A DNA stretch of 48,994 nucleotides, from NCBI RefSeq assembly GCF_001194135.2, contig NC_069000.1, positions 19,671,897-19,720,890 on the forward strand, in the 5' to 3' direction. Of this stretch, positions 47,839 through 48,994 are shown piece after piece. Positions within the stretch are counted from its first letter, which is position 1, and each line of letters starts with the position of its first letter. A program made the position numbers and the translations under genes. The notes beneath the pieces were generated by a model. The model was not told the DNA's origin. It ran no database searches and worked only from the letters and a program-made list of their open reading frames with translations. The DNA is from Octopus bimaculoides. Taxonomy: Eukaryota.

Positions 47839-48094
47839 TGTATGTTCGTTTCCATAAGTTGAAGGAAAATTCATGCTCGCTTGAACAGTATGTATGAATT
47901 CCTAAAAGTATCAATGGAGAAATATATTAGAAAACATTATCACTTGTCACAGATAAACTCACTCACCCACAACGTATTGTCCTGTAGCTCTTACGGCATA
48001 GATTAAGTTGTTTGCGTAGTTGTCAAAATCTATATCCACAAAGAGACGGCCTCACTCACACGCATATATGCAAACACACGCGTATATGCAAACA

Positions 48095-48265
48095 CGGGCT
48101 CCTTTCAGTTTCTGTCTACCAAATCCACTCACAAAGCTTTGGTCGGCCCGAAGCTATAGTAGGAAACACTTGACCAAGTAGTCACGCAGTGGGACTGAAC
48201 CCTGAACCTTGAACCCAGAAACCAGATTAAGAAGCAAGCTTCTTACCACACAGCCACACCTGCAC
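48095..48265 (-). mobile_element. Family-B SINE, B1 module
   Basis: ACGGGCTCCTTTCAGTTTC...AAGCAAGCTTCTTACCACACAGCCACACCTGC. Confidence 0.88.
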
Positions 48266-48564
48266 CTATATATATGTGTGTGTGCGTGTGTGTGTACATG
48301 TGTTTGTGTGCGTGTGTGTGTGTACACGTGTGTGTGTGTGTGTGTGCGTGTTTGTGTGTGTGTGTATGTGTGTGCGCGTGTGTGCGTGTGAGAGGGAGAA
48401 AAAGAAAGAGGCTGAAAGGAAGACAGAAAGAGAGAGAGAAAGAATAAGATACACACATTTAGAGTAACAAATAAAAGCGAAGAAAACAATGGCGTTGATA
48501 GCAGTAGTACTATTGAGTGACATCAAACTCTTTCTCCTTCAGTGTCTCATTAATCTTCTTACCT

Positions 48565-48608
<44 letters not shown>

Positions 48609-48629
48609 TATTTCTTTCTTACTTTCTTA

Positions 48630-48660
<31 letters not shown>

Positions 48661-48963
48661 TCCCAGAACTTTACCTGAATTGATGCCAATTCACATAGAA
48701 TAATTCACATAATTCATGAATTGTTTAAATAAATTATATAAATATCTGCTCCCAGGTCCAGTAAATACTAGTCTGAAGCGGATTACTCTGTTAATTTCCT
48801 TCTACTTACATAGAAGTATAGTTTATATATACACCATGTATGATATATACATGCATGCATACACACATACATGCATACATACATACATACATACATATAT
48901 ACATACATACATACATACATACATACATGTATACACTCACATACACACGCATACATCCTAAAG

Positions 48964-48994
<31 letters not shown>

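Overview
Eukaryotic, AT-rich, microsatellite-saturated draft-assembly sequence with 11 N gaps. The SINE families and compound simple repeats point to an Octopus (coleoid cephalopod) genome; that assignment is an inference from memory, not a search. I find no intact protein-coding gene, rRNA, tRNA or CRISPR array. Nearly all ORF-track entries are translations of microsatellites or gaps. The window is intronic or intergenic and filled with transposon remnants. These include three tRNA-derived SINE families (called A, B and C here, about 40 copies or fragments), three R4/Dong-clade LINE fragments, Tx1/L1-like ORF1 and ORF2 remnants, an RTE-BovB 3' end, Penelope-like RT and GIY-YIG remnants, a Helitron helicase remnant and a short non-autonomous Helitron. 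There is also a near-full-length dead mariner, a hAT MITE and a Merlin-like MITE. The most notable observations are: (1) the Merlin-like MITE carries a divergent (TAACCC)4-TA-(GGGTTA)6 telomeric palindrome at its core; (2) SINE-A stacks and all three Dong-like LINEs colonise the same (AAT)n/(ATT)n tracts from opposite strands; (3) SINE modules and tails are swapped between families; (4) a compact RORE/RevDR2-plus-CCAAT motif cluster sits in unique sequence. Protein-family calls come from manual translation and remembered motifs. Boundaries are approximate except where TSDs or TIRs define them.
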